A stretch of 51,673 nucleotides of DNA, the filler included, from Streblomastix strix (Eukaryota), in NCBI GenBank assembly GCA_008636045.1. It is 2 parts of 2 records of this genome, joined end to end, with 100 filler letters (N's around TTAATTAATTAA, not from the genome) between each part and the next. Parts side by side here need not be neighbours in the genome. Positions count along the whole stretch, not along the records: positions 25,926 to 51,673 come from SNRW01000192.1; 1 more part is not named here. One strand, 5' to 3'. The translations under genes and the position numbers were made by a program. The notes beneath the pieces were generated by a model, which worked only from the letters and a program-made list of their open reading frames with translations, was not told where the DNA came from and did not search any database. Within the stretch, counting starts at the first letter, position 1, and every line of letters begins with the position of its first letter. Shown here in pieces: positions 51,557-51,673 of the stretch.

Positions 51557-51673
51557 CTAAATACTGAAAACTAATATGAAAATAGAGCAGCAGAAGGGAA
51601 TCCCATCGCAAGTTCAGCGGTTCAACTACTAATCGAAGCCCATTGACAAGGATGTGACATTTGCAGAAGCTGG
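51458..51673. repeat. Terminal fold-back: perfect 89-bp inverted repeat (51458-51546 / 51585-51673)
   Basis: The arms are exact reverse complements running to the last base, with a further 6-bp match after one mismatch and a 24-nt loop. Confidence 0.93.

Noticed and set aside
51458..51673. Transposon terminal inverted repeats or MITE
   Set aside because: The arms are a coding exon copied to the contig end, with no target-site duplication or transposase.

Overview
This is very AT-rich, intron-dense eukaryotic DNA read with a non-standard code: TAA and TAG encode Gln and TGA is the only stop (NCBI table 6). The supplied standard-code ORF track therefore misses or fragments almost every gene. 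The code, intron style and gene families point to an oxymonad such as Streblomastix strix, which is an inference. The window is two unrelated contigs (1-25825 and 25926-51673) joined by an artificial N44-TTAATTAATTAA-N44 spacer. Contig 1 holds the 5' half of a DNAH6-like axonemal dynein heavy chain (minus strand) and, divergent from it, a giant multi-exon secreted beta-helix-repeat protein; both are cut by the contig ends. Contig 2 holds an intronless alpha-helical lineage-specific gene, tRNA-Arg(CCG), a GPI-type surface protein that looks like a catalytically dead cathepsin-B-like protease, decayed pseudogene and tRNA remnants, Sec22, a uridine kinase, a poly-Ser protein and tRNA-Ile(AAT). 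It continues with a membrane-anchored CGYC thioredoxin, a small Smr-domain nuclease with an N-terminal MGCCFS dual-acylation signal, a Pmp-like GGAI-repeat membrane protein, and a ubiquitin-like exon caught in a terminal fold-back inversion that is probably an amplification chimera. The best novelty candidates are the acylated stand-alone Smr nuclease and the GPI pseudoprotease with its unusual GC-richer flanks. All gene models were spliced by eye.
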